Both the position numbers and the translations under genes were made by a program. From Candidatus Latescibacterota bacterium (lineage in GTDB: Bacteria; Latescibacterota; UBA2968; UBA8231), in the NCBI GenBank assembly GCA_965243025.1, contig CBDETY010000003.1:992001-1056000 (forward strand): a DNA stretch of 64,000 nt, in the 5' to 3' direction. Below are positions 11,801 to 22,800 of this stretch, piece by piece (position 1 is the stretch's first letter; each line of letters starts with the position of its first letter). The notes under the pieces were generated by a model. It saw only the letters and a list, made by a program, of their open reading frames with translations. It searched no databases and was not told the DNA's origin.

Positions 11801-14051
11801 TAAAGATCAGCTCGGCCCGGCCGCTGGCATCGGTCGTGGTGTGCTCCACCATGAACTGGCCGCTGAGGCTGCCGTCGCCGTCGGTGACCGTAAAGGTTAC
11901 GGCGGTATCGGGGAGGGGATCGCCGTACTGATCCCGCACTTCCACCACCAGGGGACCGGGCAGGGCAACGCCTGGCGCACCCTGCTGGCCGTCGCCAGAG
12001 ATGATTTCCAGCGCGAAGGGGCGGGGTCCCGTCCACTCGGACAGGTCCCACAGGGTGATCGTGCCGAAAGACAACGACCCGGCCGCGAGCATGGCGCCGT
12101 CGGGGGAAAACGCCAGCTTCGTACTGTGAAATGCATCTGGCAGAGTGGCGATCTGTTTTCCCGTCCCCGTTTCCCATAGTGTGATTAAGCCTGAATGGAT
12201 AGCCAGGAGGGACCCGTCTGGTGAATACTCCACCCTGAAGCCCTCGAAAGTTGCGATCGGTTTTCGGATCTCCAGGTCCCACAGCGTGACCTGCTCATCC
12301 GGCCACGATCCCCAGGCCAGGGTTTTTCCATCGGGAGAAAACGCCAGGTCTTCAATCGCCCCCCGCGTACGCTCAACCGTGGTTACTTCCACTCGGCCCT
12401 CCACGTCCCACAGCCGGACCGTGGCAACTTCATCCTGCCAGGAGTCGCCGGATCCAGAGGCAAGCAGGGCGCCATCGGGGGAAAACGCCACCGCATTGAC
12501 TTGAGCCGCATGTCCTTCCAGGGTGGCGATCTCCCTTTGGCTCTCCAGGTCCCACAGCCTGACCGTGCGATCGTAGGCACCGGACGCCAAGAGTGCGCCG
12601 TCGGGGGAAAACGCCACGGATCGGACTCCTTCCGTATGTCCTTCAAGGGTGCCGATCAATTCTCGTTTCTGTACATCCCACAGGGTGATCTCCCAACCCC
12701 GGGTGGAGGCGAGCCGGGCTCCGTCTGGCGAAAAAGCAATCGCATGTGCTCCCCCTGCGCTTTCCAGAGTCCCGACCCGTTCCCGGGTGCTCACGTCCCA
12801 CAGTATGAATGAACCAAACCCCCACGGCCCGGCGGCCAGGATGGGTTGGACGGGCGAAAACGCCACCGATCCGATGTGTTCCGCATCTCCCCTCAGGACG
12901 GCGATCTCGTAGGGAGAGCTTTCGGTAAGGAAGGAATTCGTCTCGCTCACGTTCCCGTCCGCATCGACGGCGACAATAAAAAGATGATGCTTGGGTTGGT
13001 CGGAAAGGTTCCTGAAGCCGCCTTCCCGAAAGCTGCCGTCGAAATTGAACTCAACGACGGCTTCCCTCTTGCCCGCCAATCCACGACACGGCTTCGCGTT
13101 GCCGATCAGCATTACCTGGTGGAGCTCCTCCGAATCGCTGACCCGGAGTTGAACCGGGACGCTTGTGATGCCTGGTTGATATCTCGTGGAGGAAGTGATC
13201 TCGACGGTTGGGGGCTGTCCTTCTTCAGTTGGGATAGCCGGATTGAAGTACGAATGCGCCGACAGGAATTCGGCAGCGCACGCGGACAATTGACTCTCTC
13301 CAGGACCATACGACATGATGAACCGGTTGTCCCTGAAATCGTGGTACAGCCCGAAGGTATGTCCCAGTTCATGTGCCACCGTGAAGAAGTTGAACCGGTC
13401 CGGCACCACCAGGGCGCCGCCGTTTTTCGTCCGCCGCCACCCGACCCCGAAGGCAGGTTGGCCATTTCCCTGACGAAGCGCATCGGTACCGAGGACGATG
13501 AAGTAGATGTTGGCATCGAGATCGAAGGTCTGTTCGAGCTCGGCAACCACCGCGGTACCAAGGGTGTTATCGTAGTGGCTGAAGGGATGCTGTCCATCGA
13601 CGCGAAGCACCAGCGGCTCGCCCTGGGCGTCGGTCTCGTAGCGGAAGGTCCAGTTGCCGTAGCCGTGCGCCTCCATCTGCTCGCGATAGAAGGCCTGACT
13701 CTCTTTTATCACCGTCTTCATCGAAATCGACACCTGGGCTCGGTACGGCCAGTCGCTCGGCAGAAAGTAGATCATTCGGACCGTACGGGGTTCGCCCACG
13801 TTCAGATTCGACAGGGGCTTGGCGACAGGGCGGGGATGATCACGCCGCCACTGCCCGTTGTTGTCGAATGCGCAGAAATGCACACTGTGGGCTGGTGGGG
13901 AAGAAGCATGGGCGACGGCCAGCGGAGAGACAACGAGACTGAGGAGCCTTGGCAGAACAGCATGACGAAAGGAGGATCTCACGTCACCGGCCTTCTGTAA
14001 TTTCGAATCGGGCCTGATTCTGCAGTGTGGAATCGCTTTGTCCTGAATCAA
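8805..14051 (-). CDS. Giant secreted metzincin peptidase-WD40-Big1-WD40-Big1-EF-hand-FlgD/T9SS-like CTD protein
   Basis: HELGHTFGLYH plus Met-turn FIMSY; many GH..V.SV.FSPDG..LAS..D..V.LWD repeats; Big-1-like V.V.DQ.G.P..V.F motifs; paired DFDGDG/FDLDGSG EF-hands; C-terminal NAPNPFN..ASGVYLYRL..RKLTLLR. True start is uncertain. Confidence 0.9.
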   Translation of the reverse strand: MIQDKAIPHCRIRPDSKLQKAGDVRSSFRHAVLPRLLSLVVSPLAVAHASSPPAHSVHFCAFDNNGQWRRDHPRPVAKPLSNLNVGEPRTVRMIYFLPSDWPYRAQVSISMKTVIKESQAFYREQMEAHGYGNWTFRYETDAQGEPLVLRVDGQHPFSHYDNTLGTAVVAELEQTFDLDANIYFIVLGTDALRQGNGQPAFGVGWRRTKNGGALVVPDRFNFFTVAHELGHTFGLYHDFRDNRFIMSYGPGESQLSACAAEFLSAHSYFNPAIPTEEGQPPTVEITSSTRYQPGITSVPVQLRVSDSEELHQVMLIGNAKPCRGLAGKREAVVEFNFDGSFREGGFRNLSDQPKHHLFIVAVDADGNVSETNSFLTESSPYEIAVLRGDAEHIGSVAFSPVQPILAAGPWGFGSFILWDVSTRERVGTLESAGGAHAIAFSPDGARLASTRGWEITLWDVQKRELIGTLEGHTEGVRSVAFSPDGALLASGAYDRTVRLWDLESQREIATLEGHAAQVNAVAFSPDGALLASGSGDSWQDEVATVRLWDVEGRVEVTTVERTRGAIEDLAFSPDGKTLAWGSWPDEQVTLWDLEIRKPIATFEGFRVEYSPDGSLLAIHSGLITLWETGTGKQIATLPDAFHSTKLAFSPDGAMLAAGSLSFGTITLWDLSEWTGPRPFALEIISGDGQQGAPGVALPGPLVVEVRDQYGDPLPDTAVTFTVTDGDGSLSGQFMVEHTTTDASGRAELIFTLGPQPGRNIVGVSLGGRELARFAADGVGTAVAELGGDYRTWHLPETAAARLGKGVIGEGDRAVALSPDGRCLAVASAIGVWLYEAATSRALALLATERPVHSVSFSLQGTLAAGLDNGQVELWEVETGERIGTLRHGGWSGLTVAFSPDGTRLASRWRQEIKLWNVETRGLAGTWKVPTDVHWSGAGQSVAFSPDGSRLAAGFQDGTVRLWDVASQTEVVTLEGHTHWVISVSYSPDGSLLASAGGREDPTVRLWDAATQAEVATLRGHDREVRSVSFSWPDGATLASGSNDRTVRLWDVSAHEEMATLEEHEGPVHSVTFSRDGATLVSAAADGTVLLRDVETGNAAGLSGHGSMLSMTLSPDGSLLASGSEEGKVRLWDAATRTRLAPLEGHEIRVTSLSFFAEGALLASGSWDATVKLWDVGTGTLVETLEGHRGGVTSMSFSPDGATLASAGGWDDGTVRLWDVATRRETGILEGHTKSVESVAFSRPDGALLASGGGSEDKTVKLWDVGNRELIGTLEGHEWEVNTVAFSPDGKTLASGSDGVRLWDVATRTSSTTLQQGNTVYSVAFSPDGKSLVSGSRGPVTLWDVGTKTRSATLTGHTGSVHSLAFTRDGATLVSGARDGTMLLWDLSLLQPHPQTLTKVSGLEQQVPAGSLAKPLVVLVRDQNGDLMAGATVTFAVTAGGGTLSATTATTDANGHAATTLTLGSDPGRNTVIAKVGDLTPVIFSVTGLAIPTTLTRISGNNQQGSVGAALAGPFVVSVLDQNGAGYPGATVTFEITSGDGTLSAATVTTDVDGRAVTTLTLGSEPETVTVVATVAGIEPVTFTATTKASPDFDGDGETGFSDFFLFADAFGSSDPRFDLDGSGSVDFADFFLLADYFEDPARGKLLALARERIGLPDGPQLQQNAPNPFNSQTVISWFLLRPGTARVEVFALTGQRVAVLHQGPKKAGVHRVHWNGRDDRGRPLASGVYLYRLVTNENVQTRKLTLLR

Positions 14052-14259
14052 AATTGATAAGTTAAGCCCAAAGCGGACAGTGAATGTCCTCTTGTCCTTC
14101 CCCCGAAAAAAGATGGTGTGGTATGGAGTTAGAGTTAGCCTTCAGGATCCAGGAGCGAATTCACTGAAATCTGGAATAACCATGGTGAACCTGGCGATTA
14201 CGGAAGGGGCGTCGAGGTTCCGGCTGTGCCCAACTACGAGGCTGACGCCGCTATAGAGA

Positions 14260-14830
14260 AGAGAAAACCGAGAGAAGGACATCAGATCCTTCCTGTTTAG
14301 CCGGGGGGATGGGGATGTCGACTGGCTGGCCATTTCACATGATCGCCTGCTGACCCGAGAAACCTGCCAGATTGGCACCCTGGATCGAGATCGGTGCGAG
14401 CATCAGTTCTGTGTGTGCAGGCTGCCGCTGGGGGTGACCAGAGATCATTCCGTTTGGTCGGCAAGTTGCCAAGAAGGATAGCCCACTGGTGAAGGCGTCT
14501 TTTCTGCGCAGGACGGCAGGCATCGAACAGCGGGATGTCGCCTTGTTGACCATTCGAGAAGATTCGCCGCTTCCATCCAGGTGGGGATGATCCGGGTTCA
14601 GCCGGCGATGGGACCGGAGGCAACGAGCAGCGGCATATCGTGGCGTTCTCAAAGTCAGGCAGTCTGGACCCGGCGATCTATCTGGACTCGCAGGTACCTC
14701 TCCTGAAGTCGGCACCGTGGATGGGGAAAGCCCCGGCTTCTGATCGAGGAGGGAATCGGGACATCTGCCTGATCTCCATGGGGAGAGGAGGAATCATTTC
14801 GTTTGGTCGAAAAGATGGCAAGCAGAATGA
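14260..14830. repeat. Modular non-coding repeat array, copy 2
   Basis: 14311-14338 is identical to a 28-nt block near 6353; 14627-14720 closely matches 6495-6590; the ATCATT(T/C)CGTTTGGTCG module occurs twice. Confidence 0.75.
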
Positions 14831-14859
14831 CTGAGGATTCCTCGGGTGCAGGCTGAGCT

Positions 14860-15045
14860 TACGCGCAAGAAGTCGACACCCTGGTAGGTAGCGATCAGCT
14901 CCTCTTCATGGACAAGCTCCAACTCTTCCAGCGGAACCCGTTTCAGACCTGGAAGTATCTCCCGAACCGCGCGCAGCCCATGGCGGCGGGAGTATTGCAG
15001 GTCGATCAGCGTATCATCGAGATCGAAAAGAACCGCCGTGCTCAT
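14860..15045 (-). pseudogene. Truncated HAD-superfamily hydrolase
   Basis: MSTAVLFDLDDTL (HAD motif I); homology ends after about 55 aa, just before the repeat array. Confidence 0.65.
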
Positions 15046-15655
15046 CCATTCCTTCCTTCCCGGGGTGCATATACGTGCTGCTGTCGATCACTCCATGCTT
15101 CCAAAACCACCCCTGCCTGAGCCTTGGCTATGTCATTGGCTGAATCTGCGTACGCGGTGGTACTCAGAAGTAACAGGGCAATTTCGGGGATTGTAAATTT
15201 CATCGGTTTGGATTCTTGAACCCCCTTTTGAAGTGATCCGACTCAGGATGGTCGGTACAGGGTTTCCGTCTCCGCGCGCTCATTGCAGGATCGTAAATCT
15301 TGTGGACTTGATCGAAAGACCTGGGCTGCTTTTCGCCGCTTCGATGACCTGCGGCAGAGTGAGTTCACCGTAACGACGTCCCGGACCCTCGCGGCCAGGG
15401 GCTTAAAGCTCGAACCGGTCCGGAACACCGACTGTTTCATGCATTGCCCTGCTTACTTGACGAGGCCTGCAACCGATACAGATACACTCCGCTGGCGATC
15501 CGCTGGCCGCGCTGGTCGCGGCCCTCCCATCACCTATGTCCTTTATGATCTTCTTCGTCTCCCCCCGGCTGCAATAAACACGGCTACGGCAATCAGGGAT
15601 GCCTGAATCCGAAGTGAAGATGGCCCTGAGAGGTAGGGACGGTAGGCAATGGTCA

Positions 15656-16336
15656 TCAACTGGATGAGAACCCCTCGTCCCCCGAATTGCTCTCTCCGGC
15701 GCTGGACCTGCCCGGATTCTCCGAGACCCCTGGGGGCCTGTCCTCCCGCTTTTCTTCATTCAGGTCTTCCAACAGGCACTCGATACGGGCCAGCTTCTCG
15801 ACGATAGGCTGAAGAGGTCTTGAAACCCGCCTGTCCTCGGCTTCCCGCGCCGCGGCTTGCAGTTGGTTCCGGACTTGATTCGGACGGATTATGCCCGCCA
15901 GGGTTATATCGAATCCATGGTGGTTGCCTCCAAGGGTCGAAAGGCCCACGTCGCCGTAGTCCAGGATTCGGCCCAACATGCTCTGGTCCAGGTGCACATA
16001 CCGGATGTGTTCCGTGTCGACTCGGTTGATGTGTTGGGCGATGATTCCATGGCATTCCTCGACCTGGTCGTCGGTGATCGAATAGCTGGTTCCTACGGTG
16101 TGGTAGAGAAGTACCGCCATTTGCAAGATCGCGCCGGCCAGAAAGGCGAAATAGGCGAAGACGACAATATCCGGCCTCCAGGCTCCCAGAAGCCGGTCCA
16201 GAAAGTCAAACTCAGGATGCCAGCGGTACGTCCCATAAGCCAGGACGGCCAAAATCAAAACGATAACCAGTGAACTGAGCTCTGACCGCAAGGAAGGCCG
16301 AAAGAACACCGGCTCACCTGTCTTCGATTCTGGCAT
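15656..16336 (-). CDS. Membrane protein with bacterial PH (bPH_2/DUF304-like) domain
   Basis: Two TM helices, then Y.ITD...GII....I..V.LDQS.LGRILDYGDV. Confidence 0.75.
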   Translation of the reverse strand: MPESKTGEPVFFRPSLRSELSSLVIVLILAVLAYGTYRWHPEFDFLDRLLGAWRPDIVVFAYFAFLAGAILQMAVLLYHTVGTSYSITDDQVEECHGIIAQHINRVDTEHIRYVHLDQSMLGRILDYGDVGLSTLGGNHHGFDITLAGIIRPNQVRNQLQAAAREAEDRRVSRPLQPIVEKLARIECLLEDLNEEKREDRPPGVSENPGRSSAGESNSGDEGFSSS

Positions 16337-16456
16337 GGCAACTCCCCTTTCGAGTATCCTTGCGGTCCCCGATAGTTGGTTCGGGCTCTTCCTTGCGGAC
16401 CACTCTTTATAACCAAAGAAGCAGACAGCGGAAGATTGCAGGGAAGGATCAATCTG

Positions 16457-18295
16457 CTATCTGAGATAGAGGAGCCGCCTCGTCTGCACCCCTCCCGGGT
16501 ATTGCAGGCGGGTGATGTACACCCCCGCGGCAACCGTCGAGCCCTGCCGGTCGCGGGCGTCCCAGAGAACCTGGTACACCCCGGCGGCCTGGAACTCATC
16601 CACGAGGGTGCGCACCTGCTGCCCGAGGAGGTTGTAGATCGCCAGCCGCACGGGGGCGGCTTCGGCGAGACGGTAGACGATCTGCGTGGTGCTGTTGAAG
16701 GGGTTGGGGACATTGGGGCTCAGTCCGCTGGCCGATGCTGCTGCCTTGGCCGCGGCCAGCGATTCGACGCCTGCAATCCTCATGCCGCCGCCCAGCGTCA
16801 GTTCCAGGATCTGGCGTTTGTTGCCATTGAGAGGAATGCTGTGCCACTGACCGACGACCTCGCCGTCGGCGTCGCGGGCACGGGCCTGATAGAAACCACT
16901 CACCTGCCTCCCGCCGTAAATAGTCAGGGACGCCTGGCCGTCAGCATCGGTGGTCGCCTTCCAGGCAAAATGGCGGGAACGACCGGCGATGGCGCGGGAA
17001 AACTCGACGGTCAACCCCTCGACGGCGTCGCCCAGGACCGTGACCTCCACTTCCGTGCGGGGACCATCCGCGACAACTTCGGGTGCTCCGGGTTCATTCC
17101 CGTAAAAACCCGACCCGACGATGAGGTTGAGTGTCAATGCGGTTCCGTCAGGCCTCCCGACGGTAGCCGTGAACTGGCGGGCGTAGCCCACCTTGGGGAT
17201 ATCGGCGCTGTCGGTGTCGTCCGTGGGATCGTCGAAGTAATACTCCAGGAAGCCGCCTTCCGGGCTGCTTATCGCGGCGTCGATGACCTGAGGCAAAATG
17301 AGCCATCCGGTCCTGACATCTCGGACGGTCGCCACCAGAGGTCGCCACTCGAATCTGTCTGGAAACGCGCCGTGAAACAGGATGGTGTTGCTGGTAAGAT
17401 CCAGGACGTAGAGGTACACGGGACCGTGTCGCCAGGGCCCGTTCGGATCGCGCAAGGCGATCCTCGCTTTCGAGATAACCGCTGGATCGGTGGCCGTCTC
17501 CAGGAGTGGGACAAACCACTCCCCCGCTTGAGTGACGAAGGCCTTCAAGGTTTCGCGATCTACCACATCCCTGGCAGAAATGGCCGGGTTGCCGTAATCG
17601 AGTGCTTCATCGCTAATGGGAATCAGGTGGGACTCACTGAGATCGAATCCGGTGAGCAGCACGATGGGCAGCCCCGAATCGCCCAGTAAAAAAACGGCGG
17701 CATGGCCGGAAGCGCCGGGTATTCCAGATCGCAGGTCTGGAATAGGGGTGGTCGCATCGAATGCGGCATCCGGTTCCTGCGACAAGGTGCCCATGACCGC
17801 GCCGAAAGCCTGGGCCGCGGTGGCAGGATCGGGAGAAACCAGATTCGCCAGATCGGATGGGGAGACGCCCAGCGCAGAAAGGATCTCTGCAAAAACCAAG
17901 GGGTTGAGTAGTCTGCCCGACAATGCCATGGACTTCGCGTGTTCGTACACCCTGCCATCCGGCGTCAGTTGTACGAGGTAGGTGGAACCGGAACGCCAGG
18001 GGCTCCCCTCCTGCCTGACGAGACACTGAAAGTACAGGGCCCCTTCCAGTGTGCTTATCGGGGTCCTGTATCGATCTCTCGCGGCCTCTGCGAAGTCCCT
18101 CAGGGTAGCGCTCCCGTTTTCCACCTGTTGCGCCGTCACATGGGGATCCGCAGGAGGTGTCACGCCAGGAGGAAGTGGACACGTTTCCTGCGTCTGCCCC
18201 AAAGCGGGGCGGGCATGGGAAAAGAAGCCGGACAGCACGAGCAGTCCGACAACAGGAAGTATGTAGGCCAGAGTGAACAGAGTTCGAGCTTTCAT
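16457..18295 (-). CDS. Secreted protein with two Cache-like segments and FlgD/T9SS-like C-terminal domain
   Basis: Signal peptide; duplicated PWR.G..YL motif; single-Cache-like YLYVLD..ILFHG..GGFLEYYFDDP..PKVGY; C-terminal NVPNPFN..AAGVYITRL. Confidence 0.75.
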   Translation of the reverse strand: MKARTLFTLAYILPVVGLLVLSGFFSHARPALGQTQETCPLPPGVTPPADPHVTAQQVENGSATLRDFAEAARDRYRTPISTLEGALYFQCLVRQEGSPWRSGSTYLVQLTPDGRVYEHAKSMALSGRLLNPLVFAEILSALGVSPSDLANLVSPDPATAAQAFGAVMGTLSQEPDAAFDATTPIPDLRSGIPGASGHAAVFLLGDSGLPIVLLTGFDLSESHLIPISDEALDYGNPAISARDVVDRETLKAFVTQAGEWFVPLLETATDPAVISKARIALRDPNGPWRHGPVYLYVLDLTSNTILFHGAFPDRFEWRPLVATVRDVRTGWLILPQVIDAAISSPEGGFLEYYFDDPTDDTDSADIPKVGYARQFTATVGRPDGTALTLNLIVGSGFYGNEPGAPEVVADGPRTEVEVTVLGDAVEGLTVEFSRAIAGRSRHFAWKATTDADGQASLTIYGGRQVSGFYQARARDADGEVVGQWHSIPLNGNKRQILELTLGGGMRIAGVESLAAAKAAASASGLSPNVPNPFNSTTQIVYRLAEAAPVRLAIYNLLGQQVRTLVDEFQAAGVYQVLWDARDRQGSTVAAGVYITRLQYPGGVQTRRLLYLR

Positions 18296-19232
18296 AAGGA
18301 CGGTTTTCCTTCTCCGAAAAAGACAAGCTCATAAGTGACTACGGATGGTTGTCCGCTTTGTATCTCCGGGCTTCCCAGGCGGACGCTTCCCACCAAACCG
18401 TTCGGGGCTACTTGAGGTAGCAACTGGCCACGAACTTCCCGTAGGTCTCGGCATCGGCAACCGTGCTTTCGGGAGGGTCTTCATTGGGGGTTCCACCAGA
18501 GAATGAGAATGGTTTTCATGTCGGTTCCGGAAACTCGAACCATCTTGTTTTCGGCAGAGATGCGGTTCTGATTTCTCTGATCCCCCGTTTCGCACAGGTA
18601 CGGGGCGGAACCAGGCCCGCTATCTGATTCAGTCCATCGCCAGTGTCCGTAAGCCATTACTATGCGACTGGGCAATCCTTCGAAAGGAACTCACGGGGAT
18701 CTGATCGGTAAGGGGAATAAGTATAGCGGACACGGGCACGATGGGGTTCTCCTCCCTCCGTAAGTGGTTCCCGCCAACCATCCGGGAGCAACCCGTGCCT
18801 ACATGAACCGAGGATGAACTAGTTGGCGCAGTGGGAGGCTGTGTTGTCATTGTCTCATCAAGGGCTGCACATCCCCAACCCGTTGACAACAGGGCCATGG
18901 TTAGGCCCCTACCTACTGTCCATTGCACGATAAAACGCAGCATTCCCCTCGCCATCCTAGAGCGCTTGGGCGCGAACCGGCAGTGGAGGTCTGCTTTAGG
19001 GCGCCGTTAGGCGCCTTCGTTGGGTTCGGGTTTTTTCTTGGGCTTGGCCGCTTGGGCCGTAGAATCAGCCGATGCGGGTGGCTGGGGATGCAACCACGGC
19101 GGGCTTCGGTTCTTCCTTCTCCTCAGGTTTCCGGTCATAGTCCCGAACAGCCAATTCCATCAGGGCCATGAAGGCAATTCCGATCAATAGAGACGTTTGA
19201 ATCCATAACCAAGGGTTCACGGTATGCTCCTT

Positions 19233-19400
19233 TCAGGATACTGGACGGCCATGCACCGCCAAGGCTCGGGTTTTGTTCTCGGCGTCAAAGCGTTCTTCCA
19301 GAGCCGAAACCCTATCGTCGACAGCTTCAACGTCAGTGGGCTTGGCGTAGTCACATCCGGCCAGCCCCGCCAGCAGTACTATCAATATCGTCATCATCAT
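19233..19400 (-). CDS. Short (possibly truncated) lipoprotein
   Basis: MMMTILIVLLAGLAGC lipobox followed by a short coiled-coil-like segment. Confidence 0.4.
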   Translation of the reverse strand: MMMTILIVLLAGLAGCDYAKPTDVEAVDDRVSALEERFDAENKTRALAVHGRPVS

Positions 19401-19852
19401 TTTAATTTCCCTTTTTTTTTGATTAACATCAACAGGGAAACATTGATGCGTACCCCCAAAGCGTTTCTCTTCAGAAAGGTCTATCTTGGGCTTTATTCCT
19501 TGACCTGACGGCCCTGAGGGAGGAACCTCCTGGCACTCCATCACTGCCCAATCCAGTTACCGCAGTAGAGTGGCTGCGTGTCAGGGTACCTTTTCTGGGA
19601 ACCAAAGCCAGGTCCCCACAAGGGGCAGCTCCCGATACTTTCCCACCGGGTATTCTCATCAACGAAACAGACCATGAAGGTTCCCAGGATACGGGCTGTG
19701 ATATCCTCCATTCTCCTCAAGTGGCAAAGGGGGGTAAGATGATGACGGCTGTTTCATGGCCTCAACTCCCCCTCTTTCCACATGGGCTGTCCGCTGTTGT
19801 GGTGTGCCTGATTCGGACCTGCGCAAAATGGCACAGGTCGCAGGAAGGCAAC

Positions 19853-22800
19853 CTACTGACAGTTCCTCCGCTGAGAGCTATCGGAAGTAGGTCTTGACAC
19901 CAACCGCGGAAGCGTTTCCAGCCGTGCAGGAAGTCTCCAGTCGAGGCTCGAGTCGCGGCCGAAGACCTCAACCCTCGTGGCTTCCCCAAGCTGGTCGGTC
20001 AGCTCGCCATCCTTGTACCATCCAAGAAGATGTTCCGTGCATTCGCCATGCAACCAGAGGCTCAGGAGAGCCGTGAAGCCGGTGGGGGAGCCGTTATTAA
20101 GTTCGGGATGGAGGGACACCGGCGGATGCCAACCGTCAATTCCACTGTGACCACCCGAGCCATAACTAACCGTGCCTCCCTGGAACTGAACCTGATCCAG
20201 GCGGACGTGTAAGGTCGATAGGAGGGTTTCGGGAAGCTGGGCCACCCCGTCCGGCCAGTCTACTCTTATCTCTGCTCTTCTTGTTGGCGACGGCAACACG
20301 GGAAACTGAGAGGGCAGCCATGCTTCGAATGCCTGGTAAAAAGCATCGGTGCGGGTGCCGAAGGCTTCCTGGAATGCCTGTTGCCAAGTCGGGCGTTCGC
20401 CCAGCAGCTTCCAGTACTTCACGTACGACTCCTCCCCTGCCTGCTCAACCGCGAACGCTGCCCCGGCGAAGGCCAAAGCGTAGCTGGCAGTCGCCGAATC
20501 CGCTCGAACGCAAACGTTGCGATAGAACTCCACTGCATCCTCTCTCCTCGATAGATCACCTTCGTTGAGCGTTCCTGCTGCCCAGGATTTCTCCAACACA
20601 AGGAATTTTTTAATGCCGTCGTGCCACTCCCCGTTCACCCGGTTCAGCAAGTACGCGAAATCGGCATACGCAGCGAAGCCCTCAACCGGCCATTTGGGCC
20701 AAATTCCTCCACCAGCCGTATTAGAGTAATACGCGATTTCGCCGCCCTCCAGTTGCTCGAATCCTGAAGCGAGTTGTCCCTGCAGAACGTGGAAGTACTC
20801 GTGAGCAATGGGCTCCTTGGCCGAAAGAACCAAAAGTCCCGGATCTTTCAGCAGAAGCCCCCTCTTTTTCTCAAACCCGTACGTGAGCACCACCACGGCG
20901 CCCCCTGTTCCAGAGCCAACAACCTGAGCTTGCCCCCAAATGGGGGGCACGTACCTCGGGTCAATTTGGGCGAGTTCTTCCCGGCTCCCGACCAGCACGG
21001 TGAAGCCGGTTGCCTCGACGCCGAAACGGGCGGCGAAGTAGGCCCGCGAATACTCCATCTCCTCGCGCAGGATGGTCTGGTCTTCCTCGGGTATATCTCC
21101 CAGGAACAGCCAGGTCGGAGGGGGTGTGGAAAGGACTCCGGGATCAATGGTCGTAACCGGGGGAAGATTCTCCAATTCCGCATTCAGCACCTCCATATTC
21201 ACCTCATCGATGTTCCTCAACCACCTCAGAAAGTCCGCATCCGGCGCCCGAAGATGGGTAAACCGAAAAGAGACCCATTCCAACTCCGTCAGATTCGTCA
21301 GGTTGGATGGGATGATTCCACTTAACCGATTCCACCCAAGGCGCAAGGTTTTGAGTTTGGTTAGATTGCCCAACTCGGAGGGAATGGGGCCACGCAACTG
21401 ATTCCTGCCAAGATATAGGGATTCGAGGTTGGAGAGATTGCCCAACTCGGAAGGGATCGGTCCGGTTAACTGATTGCTGCCAAGAGATAGCTTTCGGAGG
21501 TTTGAGAGATCGCCCAACTCGGAAGGGATCGGTCCGGTTAACTGATTGCTGCCAAGCGATAGATCTCGGAGGTTTGAGAGATCGCCCAACTCGGAGGGGA
21601 CCGGCCCCCTCAACTGATTATTGTTTAGTATCAGGTATTCGAGGTTGCTCAGATCGCCCAACTCGGAGGGGATCGGTCCGGTCAATTGATTGCCGGCAAG
21701 CCACAGCTCTCGGAGGTTTGAGAGACCGCCCAGCCAGGAGGGGACCGGGGCACTCAACTGGATACCGCTAAGGTACAGCTCCTCGAGGTTGCTCAGATCG
21801 CCCAATCCGGAGAGAATCGGCCCGCTCAAGGGATTTCCCCTAAGGCTTAGCACTCGGAGGTTTGAGAGACCGCCCAACCAGGAGGGGATCGGCCCGGTCA
21901 ACTGATTGCTGCCAAGCCATAGCTCTTGGAGGTTGCTCAGGTCGCCCAATCCGGAGGGAATCGGCCCGCTCAACTGATTTCTTTCAAGGGACAGCTTCTC
22001 GAGGTTGCTCAGATCGCCCAACCAGGTGGGGACCTGTCCAGTCAACCCGCCATTCCAGCCAAGGTTTAGCACTCTGAGGTTTGAGAGAGCACCCAATTCG
22101 GGGGGGATCGGCCCGCTCAACTGGTTTTCGTTAAGGCTTAGATGTTCCAGTCTGGAAAGATTGCCCAACTCGGAGGGGACGGGCCCCGTCAACTGATTCC
22201 TTGCCAGGTAAATGAATTCGATCTCGGAAAGGCGACCCAAATCCTTTGGTATTTCCCCTCGCAGGTTTGTGTTGAACAGGCTCAACCAGGTCACCCGCCC
22301 ATTGGCATCGGTTTCCACGCCCTGCCATTCGTAGAGTGGACGGTCGCTCAGCCAGTTCGTGTTGTCCGTCCAGTTGGGTCCATCTGTCGCCTGGTACAGC
22401 GCCACGAGAGCAGCACGGTCCCCGGCGGGGGATCCGGTAGTCGGAGCCGCCGAGTCTACGGTGACGCGAACTCCGGCCGAGCAGTTGTTCCCTGCGCTCT
22501 CGCCGCCGACGCTGACCACACAGGCCCCGTAATACCAGGTGCCTTCCGCCGATGGCGCGGTCAGCCGGATCGACTCGGCACTGGTGGCTGCAGCGGACAG
22601 GGCATTCACCGCATCCGTACCTATTCGCCTGTCCCGGGTGGAGATCGTCCGGTTGGTCGAGCGGTAGTAGCGCAGCGTGGTTGCCTCCGACGGTCCCGTC
22701 CCCTGGTTGCGCACGGTGGCGCTCAGGGTGAAGGACTGCCCCGGCGTCAGGGTGCTGTCGCTGACCGAAATCGACGCCACGACCAGGTCGGCGGGGCTGC

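Noticed and set aside
6300-14830. Repeat arrays as CRISPR
   Set aside because: Units are long and degenerate, the intervening bodies are themselves repeated, and there are no cas genes
15120-15610. Possible small gene or IS remnant
   Set aside because: Translations show no family motif I can support
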